This document shows, piece after piece, positions 16,256 to 27,300 of a DNA stretch of 64,000 nt. Every line of letters starts with the position of its first letter. Positions within the stretch are counted from its first letter, which is position 1. Both the position numbers and the translations under genes were made by a program. The notes beneath the pieces are model-generated. The model had not been told where the DNA came from and searched no databases. It saw only the letters and a list, made by a program, of their open reading frames with translations. Source of the stretch: an uncultured Candidatus Cloacimonas sp. (GTDB lineage: Bacteria > Cloacimonadota > Cloacimonadia > Cloacimonadales > Cloacimonadaceae). The stretch lies in NCBI GenBank assembly GCA_964572925.1, contig CAZNGW010000001.1:11250-75249 (forward strand), written 5' to 3'.

Positions 16256-17647
16256 ATGAATAAAGAATTTATCCGTCCCCTTATCCTGGTGGCTCTGGCA
16301 GCCGGGCTTCTGGGAGTTTTGGCAACACTGATCCCTGCATGGGACAACAGCTTCATGCCCATCAAAAAATTATCTATTTTGCCAGGTAAAACAGCTAAGG
16401 GATTAGCCACAACCCAAGATAGCACTGTGATAAAAGAAGCTCCTTTGATCGTTAGCGACTTGGAACCAATCAAACCTTTTATCAACAAACTCAAAAAACC
16501 CGGTAATGATCTCAGAATTGCCTACTTTGGTGATTCGATAATCGAGGGAGATCTGCTTACCGCAAAATTGAGGAGTGAATTGCAAAATACTCATGGTGGC
16601 AGTGGGGTTGGCATGGTTGGAATAACGTCGATAGTAGCTGGTTTCCGGCAGACGATCAAACACAGCTTTGCTAAAAACTGGGAGAGTATTTCCTTTATGA
16701 CCTCAGGCAAATCCTCCGTTCCGCTTGGCATTACTGGTCATGTGTATATCCCCCGTAATTACTACATAGCAGAAAAAACCATCGAACCCTTGCAACTGGA
16801 TAGCCTGGCTGTGATGGACACTACAAAGGTGGCAAACACGCCGGCACCAAAGAAAAGCACCAGGTTTTATGTGAACACAAGTCCCTGGGTTGAATACACT
16901 GCAGTCGGAGTAAGTGGAGGAGCACCATCATTCAATAGGATCAGGCTTTTTTATTCCCAGGCAAGAGATTCAAGCTTCGTCAGGGTAGCTTATGATGGGG
17001 GAACCAAGCAAAAGATCTTTCTTAAGAGTGGGGGAGGGGTACAAAGCCTTGACCTCAGCCTGGGCAGACCTGTTACCAAGCTTAGGCTGGAATTCAGTGC
17101 TTATGATCCGATATATGTATATGGTGTAAGTTTTGATGAAGATAAAGGCGCATTTGTGGACAATTACCCAATCAGAGGGTATTCAGGAATGTATTTCCAA
17201 AGGATAAATGCCGCTCTGTGGCAGGGTTTTCAACAGCACTTGGAATATGACCTGATCGTTTTGCAGTATGGTGAAAATGTCTCCAACCCCAAACTACGTG
17301 ACTACAGCTATTATGAAAAAGGCATGAAAAACACCATACGCCACATCCAGAGCGCTATTCCCGGAGTCCCAATTCTGTTGGTCAGCGCTCACGATCGAAG
17401 TATAAAACAGAACGGCAGCTATGTTACCTCGCCTGATATTCCCTATCTGGTAACTACCCAAAGCCGAATCGCCAAAGAGACTGGATGTGGTTTCTGGAAT
17501 CTATTTGCGGCGATGGGGGGGTATGGCTCAATGCCGAATTTCGTGAACCACAAGCCTGCCTGGGCAGGAAAAGACTTCACCCACTTCACCCGCAGCGGAG
17601 CGGATCATATAGCGTCTATGCTGCTTTTATATCTCAAAGGGAATTGA
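16256..17647 (+). CDS. SGNH/GDSL-family O-acetyltransferase or esterase 1
   Basis: Block I FGDS, block III QYGEN, block V DFTH; N-terminal membrane anchor. Confidence 0.8.
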   Translation: MNKEFIRPLILVALAAGLLGVLATLIPAWDNSFMPIKKLSILPGKTAKGLATTQDSTVIKEAPLIVSDLEPIKPFINKLKKPGNDLRIAYFGDSIIEGDLLTAKLRSELQNTHGGSGVGMVGITSIVAGFRQTIKHSFAKNWESISFMTSGKSSVPLGITGHVYIPRNYYIAEKTIEPLQLDSLAVMDTTKVANTPAPKKSTRFYVNTSPWVEYTAVGVSGGAPSFNRIRLFYSQARDSSFVRVAYDGGTKQKIFLKSGGGVQSLDLSLGRPVTKLRLEFSAYDPIYVYGVSFDEDKGAFVDNYPIRGYSGMYFQRINAALWQGFQQHLEYDLIVLQYGENVSNPKLRDYSYYEKGMKNTIRHIQSAIPGVPILLVSAHDRSIKQNGSYVTSPDIPYLVTTQSRIAKETGCGFWNLFAAMGGYGSMPNFVNHKPAWAGKDFTHFTRSGADHIASMLLLYLKGN

Positions 17648-18939
17648 TGAATTATCGGGAGATACTGTCCGTTTTTATCCTGGCTTTGGCTTTTGCCCTG
17701 ATGCTAAGTTACAGCAATGCTGAGGATACTGATGAATATCTGGACGATCTTTTTAGTGAGGAGGAATATCCCTCGGACATGGATACTCTGGAGGAATTTA
17801 TCCAGAGCTATTACCTTTTACTGGATAGCGATGAATATCTGAATAAATTCAAATTTATCAATACGGACAAGAACCAATTCAATAATGATATGAAAGCGTT
17901 GAAGCCATTTTATGAAAAACTTTTGGAACTTCGCAGCGGACTCCGAAATAGAGTAAGCATTTACCAAATTGGAGATTCCCATATCCAGTCTGGGTATTTC
18001 CCAGGGACGGCACGTTCAGCATTACAAAAATACTATGGTAATGCCGGACGGGGATTGCTATTCCCTTTGAAACTCGCCGGAACAAATCAACCGGATGATT
18101 ATCGCATAAGCTCTTCTGGTGGTTTTAGCCGGTTAAATGGCGAGAAGGGAATTTGTGGATATGTTTTGAGTGCCAATGAGGGAGCCGGACTGGAAATCAC
18201 AACCAATAATTTCTATGGAAACGACAACAGCTTTAATAAAATAAGCCTGATCAGTTCCTTGCCAGGGCTCAAGGCTGCGGTCAAGACCACTGAAGGTGAA
18301 GCGAAAAATATAGACTTAACCTTGGGTGAGTACTATTATAGCAGCGCCAGTTGGACCAAACCGACCCGCTCGGTGGCTTTTTCCCTTAAAGGAGATAGTT
18401 CCAGACTCTATGCTCTGATGCTGGAAAATGAGCAACCGGGCTTACTCCTGCATTCCACTGGGATAAATGGGGCCGGATTCTATAATCTGTGCGATCAAGA
18501 GCTGCTTTTCCAACAAGTCGGAATGCTAAATCCCGACTTGATTCTAATATCATTGGGAACCAACGATGCCCAAGGAAATTATCGTAATGAAGTATTTATC
18601 TCCAATTTGCACAAGTTCATGGCGAACCTGAGAAAAACCAATCCCCAGACACCAGTTCTTTTTACCCTTCCCCCAGATTCGCATAAGCGAGGAAGGCATA
18701 ACTCTGATCTTGCCAAAGTCGAGAAAAGCATCAGAGAATTTGCCAAGGAAAATAACTGCGCATGGTGGAACCTGAGTGAAGTAATGGGAGGTAATAACTG
18801 TGTAGTAAAATGGCGGAACGAGCAAATGGCTTCCAAGGATCTTTTACATTACACTCCCAAAGGTTACATGCTGCAGGGATACCTGTTCTACCAAGCGTTT
18901 ATTAAAAGTTATAAAAGCTTCAGCGAGAAGTCACGCTAA
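17647..18939 (+). CDS. SGNH/GDSL-family O-acetyltransferase or esterase 2
   Basis: Start reassigned to ATG 17647, overlapping the upstream TGA; IGDSH, GINGA, SLGTND, DLLHY. Confidence 0.8.
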   Translation: MNYREILSVFILALAFALMLSYSNAEDTDEYLDDLFSEEEYPSDMDTLEEFIQSYYLLLDSDEYLNKFKFINTDKNQFNNDMKALKPFYEKLLELRSGLRNRVSIYQIGDSHIQSGYFPGTARSALQKYYGNAGRGLLFPLKLAGTNQPDDYRISSSGGFSRLNGEKGICGYVLSANEGAGLEITTNNFYGNDNSFNKISLISSLPGLKAAVKTTEGEAKNIDLTLGEYYYSSASWTKPTRSVAFSLKGDSSRLYALMLENEQPGLLLHSTGINGAGFYNLCDQELLFQQVGMLNPDLILISLGTNDAQGNYRNEVFISNLHKFMANLRKTNPQTPVLFTLPPDSHKRGRHNSDLAKVEKSIREFAKENNCAWWNLSEVMGGNNCVVKWRNEQMASKDLLHYTPKGYMLQGYLFYQAFIKSYKSFSEKSR

Positions 18940-18952
18940 AGGCAATAGGTTT

Positions 18953-20413
18953 ATGGAACTAATACGGAACTTGATAAACTCACTTACTTACAACCCCAAA
19001 ATGCCTCTGCTTTTCAACAGCAGCTTCTTCCTTTTTTTCTTTATAGTTATCCTGCTTTTTTATCCACTAGTGGCACCCCGGATCAAGGTGCGAACCTGGT
19101 ATTTGATGCTGATTTCACTGTATTTTTATTATAAAACCAGCGGCAGTTTTGTATTACTTCTACTACTTACCTCGGTGATTAATTTTTACCTGGGAGCCTT
19201 AATCCATAAAGCCAATACCAAGGCGAAAAAACGAAGTCTGTTACTGCTCAGTCTGGTTTGGAATCTGGGATCCCTGGGATACTATAAATATACCAATTTC
19301 CTGATTACTACAATTAATCAGATCTTTGGCGGACAGCTCCCCCTCTACGATATCTTTTTGCCGGTGGGAATATCTTTCTTTACTTTCCAAACCTGGAGCT
19401 ACACCCTGGATGTTTATTTCGGAAAACTGAAACCAATCAGCAGTTTTAGCGATTTCACATTCTTCGTTTCCTTTTTTCCCCAGTTGGTTGCCGGACCGAT
19501 CGTTCGAGCCAGCTATTTTATCCCTCAGATCCACAAAGAAGTGCATCTGGACAAGGATACAATTGCCAAAGCCCTGGTTTTGATTTTTGCTGGGTTGCTA
19601 AAAAAAGGAGTAATCGCCGATTATCTTTCCATAAACTTCGTGGATAGGGTGTTTGAGAATCCGGCTTTATTCTCTGGTCTGGAGAACCTCTTGGGAGTAT
19701 ATGCATACGCTCTTCAGATTTATTGCGATTTCAGCGGGTATTCCGATATAGCCATTGGTTTGGCAGCACTGCTGGGATTCCAGTTGCCTGTGAACTTTCT
19801 AACCCCTTATAGAGCTACTTCGGTTACAGATTTCTGGCGACGCTGGCACATCTCCCTTTCAACTTGGCTTAGGGATTACCTGTATATTCCCCTGGGAGGA
19901 AACCGTAAGGGTAAATTCCGTCAGAACTTAAATCTGATGCTGACCATGCTCTTAGGTGGTTTGTGGCATGGAGCATCCTGGAATTTCGTGGTTTGGGGAG
20001 GTATGCATGGTCTGGCACTTGCTTTTGATAAACTTCTGCTGGACTTCAAATTCATGCAAACCAAGCTAATGAAGGCTATTGGTGTAGTATTTACGTTTCA
20101 TTTCGTGAGCTTTTGCTGGATTTTTTTTCGCAGTCCGGATTTTGGCAGTGCCGGCGTGATGCTTGGCCGCATTTTCACTGCTTTCCATAGTGGGCTTTTC
20201 TGGCAGTGGCTGGTGGAATATAGACTGGTCGCCATTCTGATCGGAGCCGGATTTCTGTTTCATTGGATGCCTGACAGCTTCGAACTCCGATTTGAAAAAA
20301 TGTTACGTAGAACTCCCTTGGTGTTCCAATCACTGATCCTGGCTGTGGTAATCTGGGTGCTTTTCCAGGCTCGATCTGCCGACATCCAACCTTTCATCTA
20401 TTTCCAATTCTGA
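18953..20413 (+). CDS. MBOAT O-acyltransferase (AlgI/PatA/DltB family)
   Basis: LPVGISFFTFQ, FFPQLVAGPI, QIYCDFSGYSD, FWRRWHISLS, GLWHGA (catalytic His). Confidence 0.93.
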   Translation: MELIRNLINSLTYNPKMPLLFNSSFFLFFFIVILLFYPLVAPRIKVRTWYLMLISLYFYYKTSGSFVLLLLLTSVINFYLGALIHKANTKAKKRSLLLLSLVWNLGSLGYYKYTNFLITTINQIFGGQLPLYDIFLPVGISFFTFQTWSYTLDVYFGKLKPISSFSDFTFFVSFFPQLVAGPIVRASYFIPQIHKEVHLDKDTIAKALVLIFAGLLKKGVIADYLSINFVDRVFENPALFSGLENLLGVYAYALQIYCDFSGYSDIAIGLAALLGFQLPVNFLTPYRATSVTDFWRRWHISLSTWLRDYLYIPLGGNRKGKFRQNLNLMLTMLLGGLWHGASWNFVVWGGMHGLALAFDKLLLDFKFMQTKLMKAIGVVFTFHFVSFCWIFFRSPDFGSAGVMLGRIFTAFHSGLFWQWLVEYRLVAILIGAGFLFHWMPDSFELRFEKMLRRTPLVFQSLILAVVIWVLFQARSADIQPFIYFQF

Positions 20414-20423
20414 GGTTTGGGGG

Positions 20424-21599
20424 ATGCCATACCTGTTGAAACCAAGCTTTCAATCCTATTCCTGGGGTGATAAATCATATATCCAAAAACTATGTGGATT
20501 GGATGGTAGTTTTGGCCAACCCCTGGCTGAAATGTGGCTGGGAGCCCATCCCTCTGCGCCTGGGATAATTGTAACCTCAATGGGGGAGATCCCCTTGGAT
20601 GAGTTTATCGCTCTTTCACCAGAAAAGCATTTGGGAAGGGCAGTTCAGGTATATACTGGTAAACTACCTTTCCTGATGAAAGTTCTGGCTGCCGCTAAAC
20701 CGCTTTCTATTCAAGTACATCCAGATAAACTAACAGCTGAACAAGGGTTCGCAATTGAAAACCTGGCTGGAATTGCTCCTGAAGCCCCAAACCGTAGTTT
20801 CAAAGATGATAACCATAAACCGGAATTGGTCTTGGCCATTACGCCATATTCTCTGATGCTGGGCTTTAGAGATTATGAACAAATTGTCTCGCTTATTAAA
20901 TTCTATGGATTGGAAGAAATCTGGGAAGAATTCCAATCCTTCGTTCAATGGCCTTCTAAAACCACTTTAGGTAATCTGTTTCGACAGGTTTTAGATTCTA
21001 CCAAAACTCAGCTGGAGTTTGTGTTACATAGGATGACCTCTCGTATTATGGAACACGAAACTGATTTTATCAGTAAGACTGTTTTAGAGCTTAATACGGC
21101 TTATCCATTGGACACAGGAATCGTGGGTCCCTTGCTATTGAATACCTTTATCTTGCATCCCGGCCAGGCCGTTTATCTGAATGCTGGCGTACCCCATGCA
21201 TATATAAAGGGTGCTGGGATAGAGTTGATGGCAAATTCAGACAATGTTATCAGGGCTGGTTTAACAAATAAATTCGTAGACATAGAGCAGCTTTTGAAAG
21301 TCGCGGATTTCAACCCGTCATTACCGCTTATTCTCAACAAAAAGAAAAATGATAAGCTGAATCGCTATAGGACTCCCTTTATTGAATTTGAGCTGATCTC
21401 TTTAGAGTTGGATGGCAAGGAATGGTTCAATCCTGCAAATTCTCCCGCAATCTTACTCTGTCTCGAGGGCAAGGTAGCTTTTGGCAATGATTTGGAAATC
21501 GGCCAGGGACAGGCAGCTTTCATCTCTGCATCCGAATCTGAACTCACTTTATCTGGAAAGGCAAACTTAGCTATCGCGATTGTCCCATTGATTCCTTGA
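20424..21599 (+). CDS. manA: Mannose-6-phosphate isomerase, class I
   Basis: YSWG, AEMWLGAHP, LPFLMKVL, LSIQVHP, DDNHKPE, HAY, ELMANSDNVIRAGLT. Confidence 0.93.
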   Translation: MPYLLKPSFQSYSWGDKSYIQKLCGLDGSFGQPLAEMWLGAHPSAPGIIVTSMGEIPLDEFIALSPEKHLGRAVQVYTGKLPFLMKVLAAAKPLSIQVHPDKLTAEQGFAIENLAGIAPEAPNRSFKDDNHKPELVLAITPYSLMLGFRDYEQIVSLIKFYGLEEIWEEFQSFVQWPSKTTLGNLFRQVLDSTKTQLEFVLHRMTSRIMEHETDFISKTVLELNTAYPLDTGIVGPLLLNTFILHPGQAVYLNAGVPHAYIKGAGIELMANSDNVIRAGLTNKFVDIEQLLKVADFNPSLPLILNKKKNDKLNRYRTPFIEFELISLELDGKEWFNPANSPAILLCLEGKVAFGNDLEIGQGQAAFISASESELTLSGKANLAIAIVPLIP

Positions 21600-21944
21600 T
21601 CCAATCAACTACGCAACTCACTGCATAACATATCCTTTATTGCGCATACTTTCCCATAATTATCATTTAGTAACTGACTACGAAGGATACGAATAACGAA
21701 AGATTGATATACGGAATATTCCAAGGGATATGTGAAAGTTCTAATGTAGGTTTGCAACGTCATAAAAAAATGACTTGACGCAAATGAACATGTCCGTAAA
21801 TGTGTGCATAGATAATATCATAATAGAACCTATGAACAGAGGTTAAAGTTTGTCTATATATAGCATAGTTCTTAAGCAATATTCGGCGTTTGCACTTGTG
21901 GCAAATTGCATTAATATTTATTTATCACTGTCCCGGGAGGTTTA

Positions 21945-22439
21945 ATGCGCACTATCAAAGCGTTCATTTTAAGCTGCCTGATCTTGCTTATCCTTTGGCT
22001 CGCCTTAACCGGCTGGAAGGGGGATGAATTGATCATAGGCAGCATTTCCGCCGTATTGTTGGCCTTGTTATTTTCATCCCGACTGGCATTTTTGGGCGAC
22101 CTCAAGTTAAATCCGAAAGCAATTTTGTTTGCCATACTATTCATTTTCGTATTTCTGATTGAGCTTATCAAGAGTGCCATAGATGTTGCCCGTCGTGTTA
22201 TATCTCCATCGCTGCCCATCAATCCCGGGATCGTCAAAGTTCGTACCAAACTGCAAAGCCGGCTCGGTAGGATTATCCTGGCCAACTCTATCACCCTGAC
22301 ACCCGGCACTATGACGGTGGAAAGCCGGGGTGAGTTCTTCTATATCCATTGGATAGACATAAAAGGGGAAGATATCGACACGGCTACCAGGAACATTGTA
22401 AATACTTTTGAAAGATACTTGGAGGTGATTTATGGGTGA
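21945..22439 (+). CDS. mnhE: MnhE/MbhA-type antiporter-module subunit
   Basis: PINPGIV, LANSITLTPGT, YIHWI. Confidence 0.9.
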   Translation: MRTIKAFILSCLILLILWLALTGWKGDELIIGSISAVLLALLFSSRLAFLGDLKLNPKAILFAILFIFVFLIELIKSAIDVARRVISPSLPINPGIVKVRTKLQSRLGRIILANSITLTPGTMTVESRGEFFYIHWIDIKGEDIDTATRNIVNTFERYLEVIYG

Positions 22440-22701
22440 TATTGCCCATCTGATCTTCTGCATCTCTTATTATACTTCACTGGTGGCAATGGTTCTGGCT
22501 TTCATGCGTTTTTTAGCAGGTCCGACCTCAGCTGACCGGGTGGTGGCCTTAGATACTATGACGATCGTAGGAATAGTCCTGATCGTATTTGTTTCGTATA
22601 GGGCACAAAGAATTATATATCTTGACGTAGCAATGGTGTATGGCTTGCTTAGCTTTCTGGGCGTGATTGCCGTTGCCCGATATCTTGAGGGGGGAATATG
22701 A
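22432..22701 (+). CDS. mnhF: MnhF/MbhB-type subunit
   Basis: GPTSADRVVALD, YLDVAMVYGLLSFLGVIAVARYL. Confidence 0.9.
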   Translation: MGDIAHLIFCISYYTSLVAMVLAFMRFLAGPTSADRVVALDTMTIVGIVLIVFVSYRAQRIIYLDVAMVYGLLSFLGVIAVARYLEGGI

Positions 22702-23033
22702 TGATTGTAGCTGCCATTATCAGCCTGATCGGATCCATCTTTCTATTCCTGGGAGCTTTAGGGGTAGTTCGCATGCCTGACGTGTACAATAGGATGCAAG
22801 CCGGTACCAAAGCTACAACTCTGGGCTCAATGCTCACCCTAATAGGGATTGGACTGGCTCATCCTGACTGGTTACCAAAGCTTATTCTGTTGATCCTCTT
22901 CGTTTTATTTACCAATCCTGTGAGCACACATGCCCTGGCCAGAGCTGCTCATTTTGCGGGAGTTAAGCTAACATATAAAACAAAAAAAGACACCTTGGTT
23001 GAAGATAGAGTTGAGGAGGATGAAAATGCCTGA
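22698..23033 (+). CDS. mnhG: MnhG/MbhC-type subunit
   Basis: RMPDVYNRMQAGTKATTLG, FTNPVSTHALARAA. Confidence 0.9.
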   Translation: MMIVAAIISLIGSIFLFLGALGVVRMPDVYNRMQAGTKATTLGSMLTLIGIGLAHPDWLPKLILLILFVLFTNPVSTHALARAAHFAGVKLTYKTKKDTLVEDRVEEDENA

Positions 23034-23274
23034 TATCATGGCTCTAATTCTCCTAATCGCGCTTTCACTGGTTGCTGCTATATATGCAACTTTAACCAAA
23101 AAAGCTCTTAATGCTGTGATAGCTTCAGGGATTATCAGTCTTTCTGCATCTATCATCTTTCTTATCTATGGCGCACCAGATGTGGCAATGACAGAGGCCA
23201 CCATTGGAGCCGGTCTGACCACCATAGTTTTTTTGTATGCGTTGAAGCAAACCAAAGGAGGCGAAGATGATTAA
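23026..23274 (+). CDS. MbhD-like (DUF4040-type) subunit
   Basis: GAPDVAMTEATIGAGL; start 23026 follows the SD GAGGAGG. Confidence 0.8.
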   Translation: MPDIMALILLIALSLVAAIYATLTKKALNAVIASGIISLSASIIFLIYGAPDVAMTEATIGAGLTTIVFLYALKQTKGGEDD

Positions 23275-23962
23275 ATACCTCCTGGTGTTTGTTGCAGTTA
23301 TTGGAATCGCCTTGCTTTTCTACCCCCTGGTGGACGATTTGGGTGATCAAACCCAACTTAATCCCTTGGCAGAGCAATATGTGATAGGTAGTGTAACCGA
23401 CCTAAACATACCGAATTCAGTTACAGCCATAGTGGTTACCTATCGTGGTTTGGACACCTTGGGTGAAGTAACCGTCCTGTTTTTGGCTACTGCTGGAGTA
23501 GGATTCCTGCTGGCTTATAAACGCAAAAAGCTGGAAAAGAAACGCCAGGGATCGGAATTCCTGCAGACCGGGGCTGCTTTCCTAAGTCCTCTGATCATCC
23601 TCTTTGGGATATATATCTTCACTCATGGGCACTTGAGTCCTGGGGGAGGATTTCAAGGGGGGGTTGTGATAGCTTCGGCAATATTGCTTATGGTGCTGGC
23701 AGATGTTTCCTTTAATTTCTCCCATGCTCTGCTACATATCAGCGAATCGCTTTCAGGGGTTGGTTATGTCCTGTTGGGACTGCTTGGCTTGCTGCTGATC
23801 GGGGTCACTTCTTTCCTCGATCCCCGCTATCTTCCTGCGGGAGTGTATTTATCCCTGTTCTCAGCTGGAGCGGTTCCTCTGATCTATAGTTTTATCGGAA
23901 TCAAAGTCGGTGCGGAGTTATCAAGTGTGATAGATTCTCTGCACGATGAAGGGGAGGAGTGA
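23267..23962 (+). CDS. mnhB: MnhB / MbhE+MbhF-type subunit
   Basis: NSVTAIVVTYRGLDTLGE and HGHLSPGGGFQGG. Confidence 0.88.
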   Translation: MIKYLLVFVAVIGIALLFYPLVDDLGDQTQLNPLAEQYVIGSVTDLNIPNSVTAIVVTYRGLDTLGEVTVLFLATAGVGFLLAYKRKKLEKKRQGSEFLQTGAAFLSPLIILFGIYIFTHGHLSPGGGFQGGVVIASAILLMVLADVSFNFSHALLHISESLSGVGYVLLGLLGLLLIGVTSFLDPRYLPAGVYLSLFSAGAVPLIYSFIGIKVGAELSSVIDSLHDEGEE

Positions 23963-24333
23963 TGTTGGTATTAATTGGCGGAATCCTCTTGTTAATAGTG
24001 GGAATCTGGGCTATGTTGACAAAAAAGAACATCATCCGGATTGTCATCGGTTTTTCCATTGTGGACACTGGAAGCCATTTGATTATCGTAGCTCTGGGGT
24101 ATATAAAGAATGCCACCGCTCCTATCATAGATACTGCAGTAAAGTATGATCATTCTACCGGGACGGGTATCAAGCTACTCACCAAAGTTGTGGATCCAGT
24201 TCCTTCTGCCCTGGTGCTTACGGCCATTGTGATTGGTCTTGCGGTAACAGCCTTGCTGCTCAGCTTCGCCATTAGGCTGTTCAAGGTTTCCGGAAGCCTG
24301 AATATTGATGAATTTGAGGAGCTGAAATGGTAA
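23959..24333 (+). CDS. mnhC: MnhC/MbhG-type subunit
   Basis: KNIIRIVIG, DPVPSALVLTAIVIG. Confidence 0.9.
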   Translation: MMLVLIGGILLLIVGIWAMLTKKNIIRIVIGFSIVDTGSHLIIVALGYIKNATAPIIDTAVKYDHSTGTGIKLLTKVVDPVPSALVLTAIVIGLAVTALLLSFAIRLFKVSGSLNIDEFEELKW

Positions 24334-27300
24334 ATCCCATGTATCTAATCGCCATGTTTCTGGCGGCAGCTTTCCTGATCGCTCTTGTGGACAAGCTGCA
24401 TAGAGGCATTTCAATAACTGTTTTGTATCTCGTTCTGGCCACAGCCGGAGCATTATCAGCCTGGCAATTATGGTTGTTAAACAGTGGAGTAAAGGTAGAT
24501 ACCACCTTCCTCAGTGCTGGGTTTCCAGCTCCTCTATCGATTGTTCTTCGTTTTGGGATGATCGAAGCCACATTGGTTATGGCTATCAATCTGTTCGGGC
24601 TACTGGGTGCTGTGTACTTAAGCAAGGAACTCTGTGAACAAGGCGCCAGACCTATTGCCTTGTATCTTACGATGATCCTGGGTGCTTCTGGATTGGTGCT
24701 TACCCGCGACATCTTTAATACCTTTGTGTTCTTGGAAATACTATCCATCTCGACCTATGCGCTGATTGCGATCAAACAGGATAAAAACTCTCTGGTAGCT
24801 GGGATTAAATACATGCTTGCGGGAGGTATATCCAGCACCTTGTTTCTCATTGGCATCGTTTTTACCTATCGCTGGACTGGAACCTTGAATCTGGATACCT
24901 GGCTTTCCCTGCCACCAATCAACCGAATTGGCTATGAAGTAGCAATGTTCCTTCTGGCCATGGGTCTTTTCGTGGAGTTGAAGCCATTCCCTGCCAATGG
25001 ATGGGCACTTGACCTCTATCAAAGTGTTCATAGTGGCTTGGGAGCAATCATCTCGACTGTAAATACCGGTGCCTTGCTGTATGTATTCTACAAAGTGATG
25101 CCATTGTTCAGCCCCACGCTTCTTGCCGTGCTTTGCGGTGCAGGTTTAGCAAGTTTTATCCTGGCTAATCTGGTAGCCATACGTCAGAAAGATCCCCAAA
25201 GGCTTCTGGGCTATTCTTCAACTGCTCAAACCGGCTTGATTCTCTTTGCCATGACTTCCCTACAGCAACTTGGGGTAGGTAACGAATTACTTTTAGCAGT
25301 GGTCTTTGGCTTGTTTATCACAAATTACTTAGCCAAATCGGGTTTATTCTGGCTGGCGGGAATGGTAAAAGGAAACACATTGAAAGATTGGAGTTCATTA
25401 AAAGGGACAGGTTCTCCAGGGATTTTCTTTGCCATCTTTGTGATTGCTCTGGCAGCGATGCCACCCTTTCCATCATTCTTTGCAAAGTGGCAATTAGTCC
25501 AGTTGTTCGGTGCTGCAAAAGCCTGGCTTTGGCTGGGGGGATTGTTACTCGGTTCATTATTTGAAGTGGTTTATCTATTTCGATGGCTGGGAACTGCCTT
25601 GGGTTTTGGGGATGTTTATCCCCGCAGACAGGACACTGTTTTCCAGTTAATCCCCATACTTTCTGTCGCAGTGCTACTAATCGGTTTGTCACTATTTGTA
25701 ACGAGATTCCATCCGGAACTTGGTTTACAGGCTATCTTTCCTGTTATTGCCTTCATCCTTTTCGGCGTTTTTGATTTTCTCCCTGCCAAGATGAAGGGAC
25801 TTTTTTTGATATTACTTTTAGGATATTGGGGCTGGTTCTATCTGCTTCCGGGATTGCCACTTCTGGGACAGATATTTGTGCTTATTCTGGTTGGGGGGAG
25901 CATAGCTCAGATATTTGGATTCATGCGCTATCAGGGATCTGCGGAAGGGATGTTCCCTGCACTGGCCCTACTCGTTTTCTCACTGGGAAATCTGGTTGTG
26001 GCGGGGACTAAACTCGAACTTTTCCTGGCATGGGAATTGATGACTATTGGCTCCTATTTTCTGGTTTTACGGGGAAGAAAAGGGCAAAGTCCTGCCTTGA
26101 GCTATATTGTGTTTTCTACTTTCGGAGCTTATTTGTTGCTGGCAGCTCTGGCACTTATACCCGATACCTACAAAGGTTATCCGCTGCTAATCCAAGCTGG
26201 TTTTATCCCAATGGGCGAAATAGCAGGTTTAATGGCACTGCTGGCTTTCCTGATAAAAATCGGTGCTGCTGGTCTCCATTATTGGTTGCCTGGAGCATAC
26301 AGCGAAGCTGATGACGAAAGCAGCAGTATTCTGTCCTCGGTGCTATCCAAAGCCGGAGTGTTTGGATTGTTATTGGTTCTGCTCATTTTTCTTGGGAAAA
26401 TCAGTGGTAATAGTATTAGCATGGTCACACTTGGCTGGATTGGAGTAGCCACTGCTTTCTTTGGTGCATTAATGGCAGTGTTTCAGGAAGATGCAAAAAG
26501 ACTTTTAGCCTATTCCAGTATGAGCCAAATGGGATATATTATTGCCGGTTTCTCGCTGATGAGCCACCTGGGCTGGGTTTCGGCTATGTATCTTGCCGTA
26601 AACCATCTGCTATTCAAGGGATTAATCTTCATGGCTATGGCAGGTGTTTTCTTAAGAACGGGAACCCGCAATATGTATGAGATGGGTGGTTTGATCAAAA
26701 AAATGCCGATTGCCTTCATCAGCGTTTTAATGGGCATAATTGCGGTAAGCGGAGTTCCGCCTTTGAGTGGTTTTGGATCAAAATGGTTCATCTACACCTC
26801 GATGATTGAACAGGGAAGAGTTCTACAGGCAGCGCTGGCTTTCTTCTCCAGTGCAATTTCCTTCCTGTATCTTTATAAACTGATCCATACGGTGTTTTTG
26901 GGTCAGGCGAAACCCCAACAGAGCTCTGTGAAAGAAGCTCCCATCTGGTTGGTAATACCCCAGGGAATCTTTATTATGGCGATCATGGCTATCTCTATGT
27001 TCCCCAATCTGATCACCAAGCCTTTATCAATGGCAATAGGAAACTTCATTCCAAAGCCCGATTGGCTTTCCTGGAACGGTTACGACCTGGTGATGAATTC
27101 ACCCTGGCTGCATGGAAACTGGAATGGCAATCTGGTAATGTTCGTAACGATGGGCGTGTTTATGACCCCGCTGATTTGGTTGCTACTGGTAAATGCCAAG
27201 GTTCAGAAAGTAAAACAATTCAATATCGTTTTTGCTGCAGAAAGACCCTACAAACCCTGGACAACTCATGTAGCATATAATATGTTTGCTCCATACAACA

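Noticed and set aside
21600-21944. Riboswitch or Rex operator upstream of the Mbx-like operon
   Set aside because: The 345-bp AT-rich spacer has a TTGACG hexamer, but I could not match a Rex palindrome or a known Na+ riboswitch core by eye; a covariance search would be needed.
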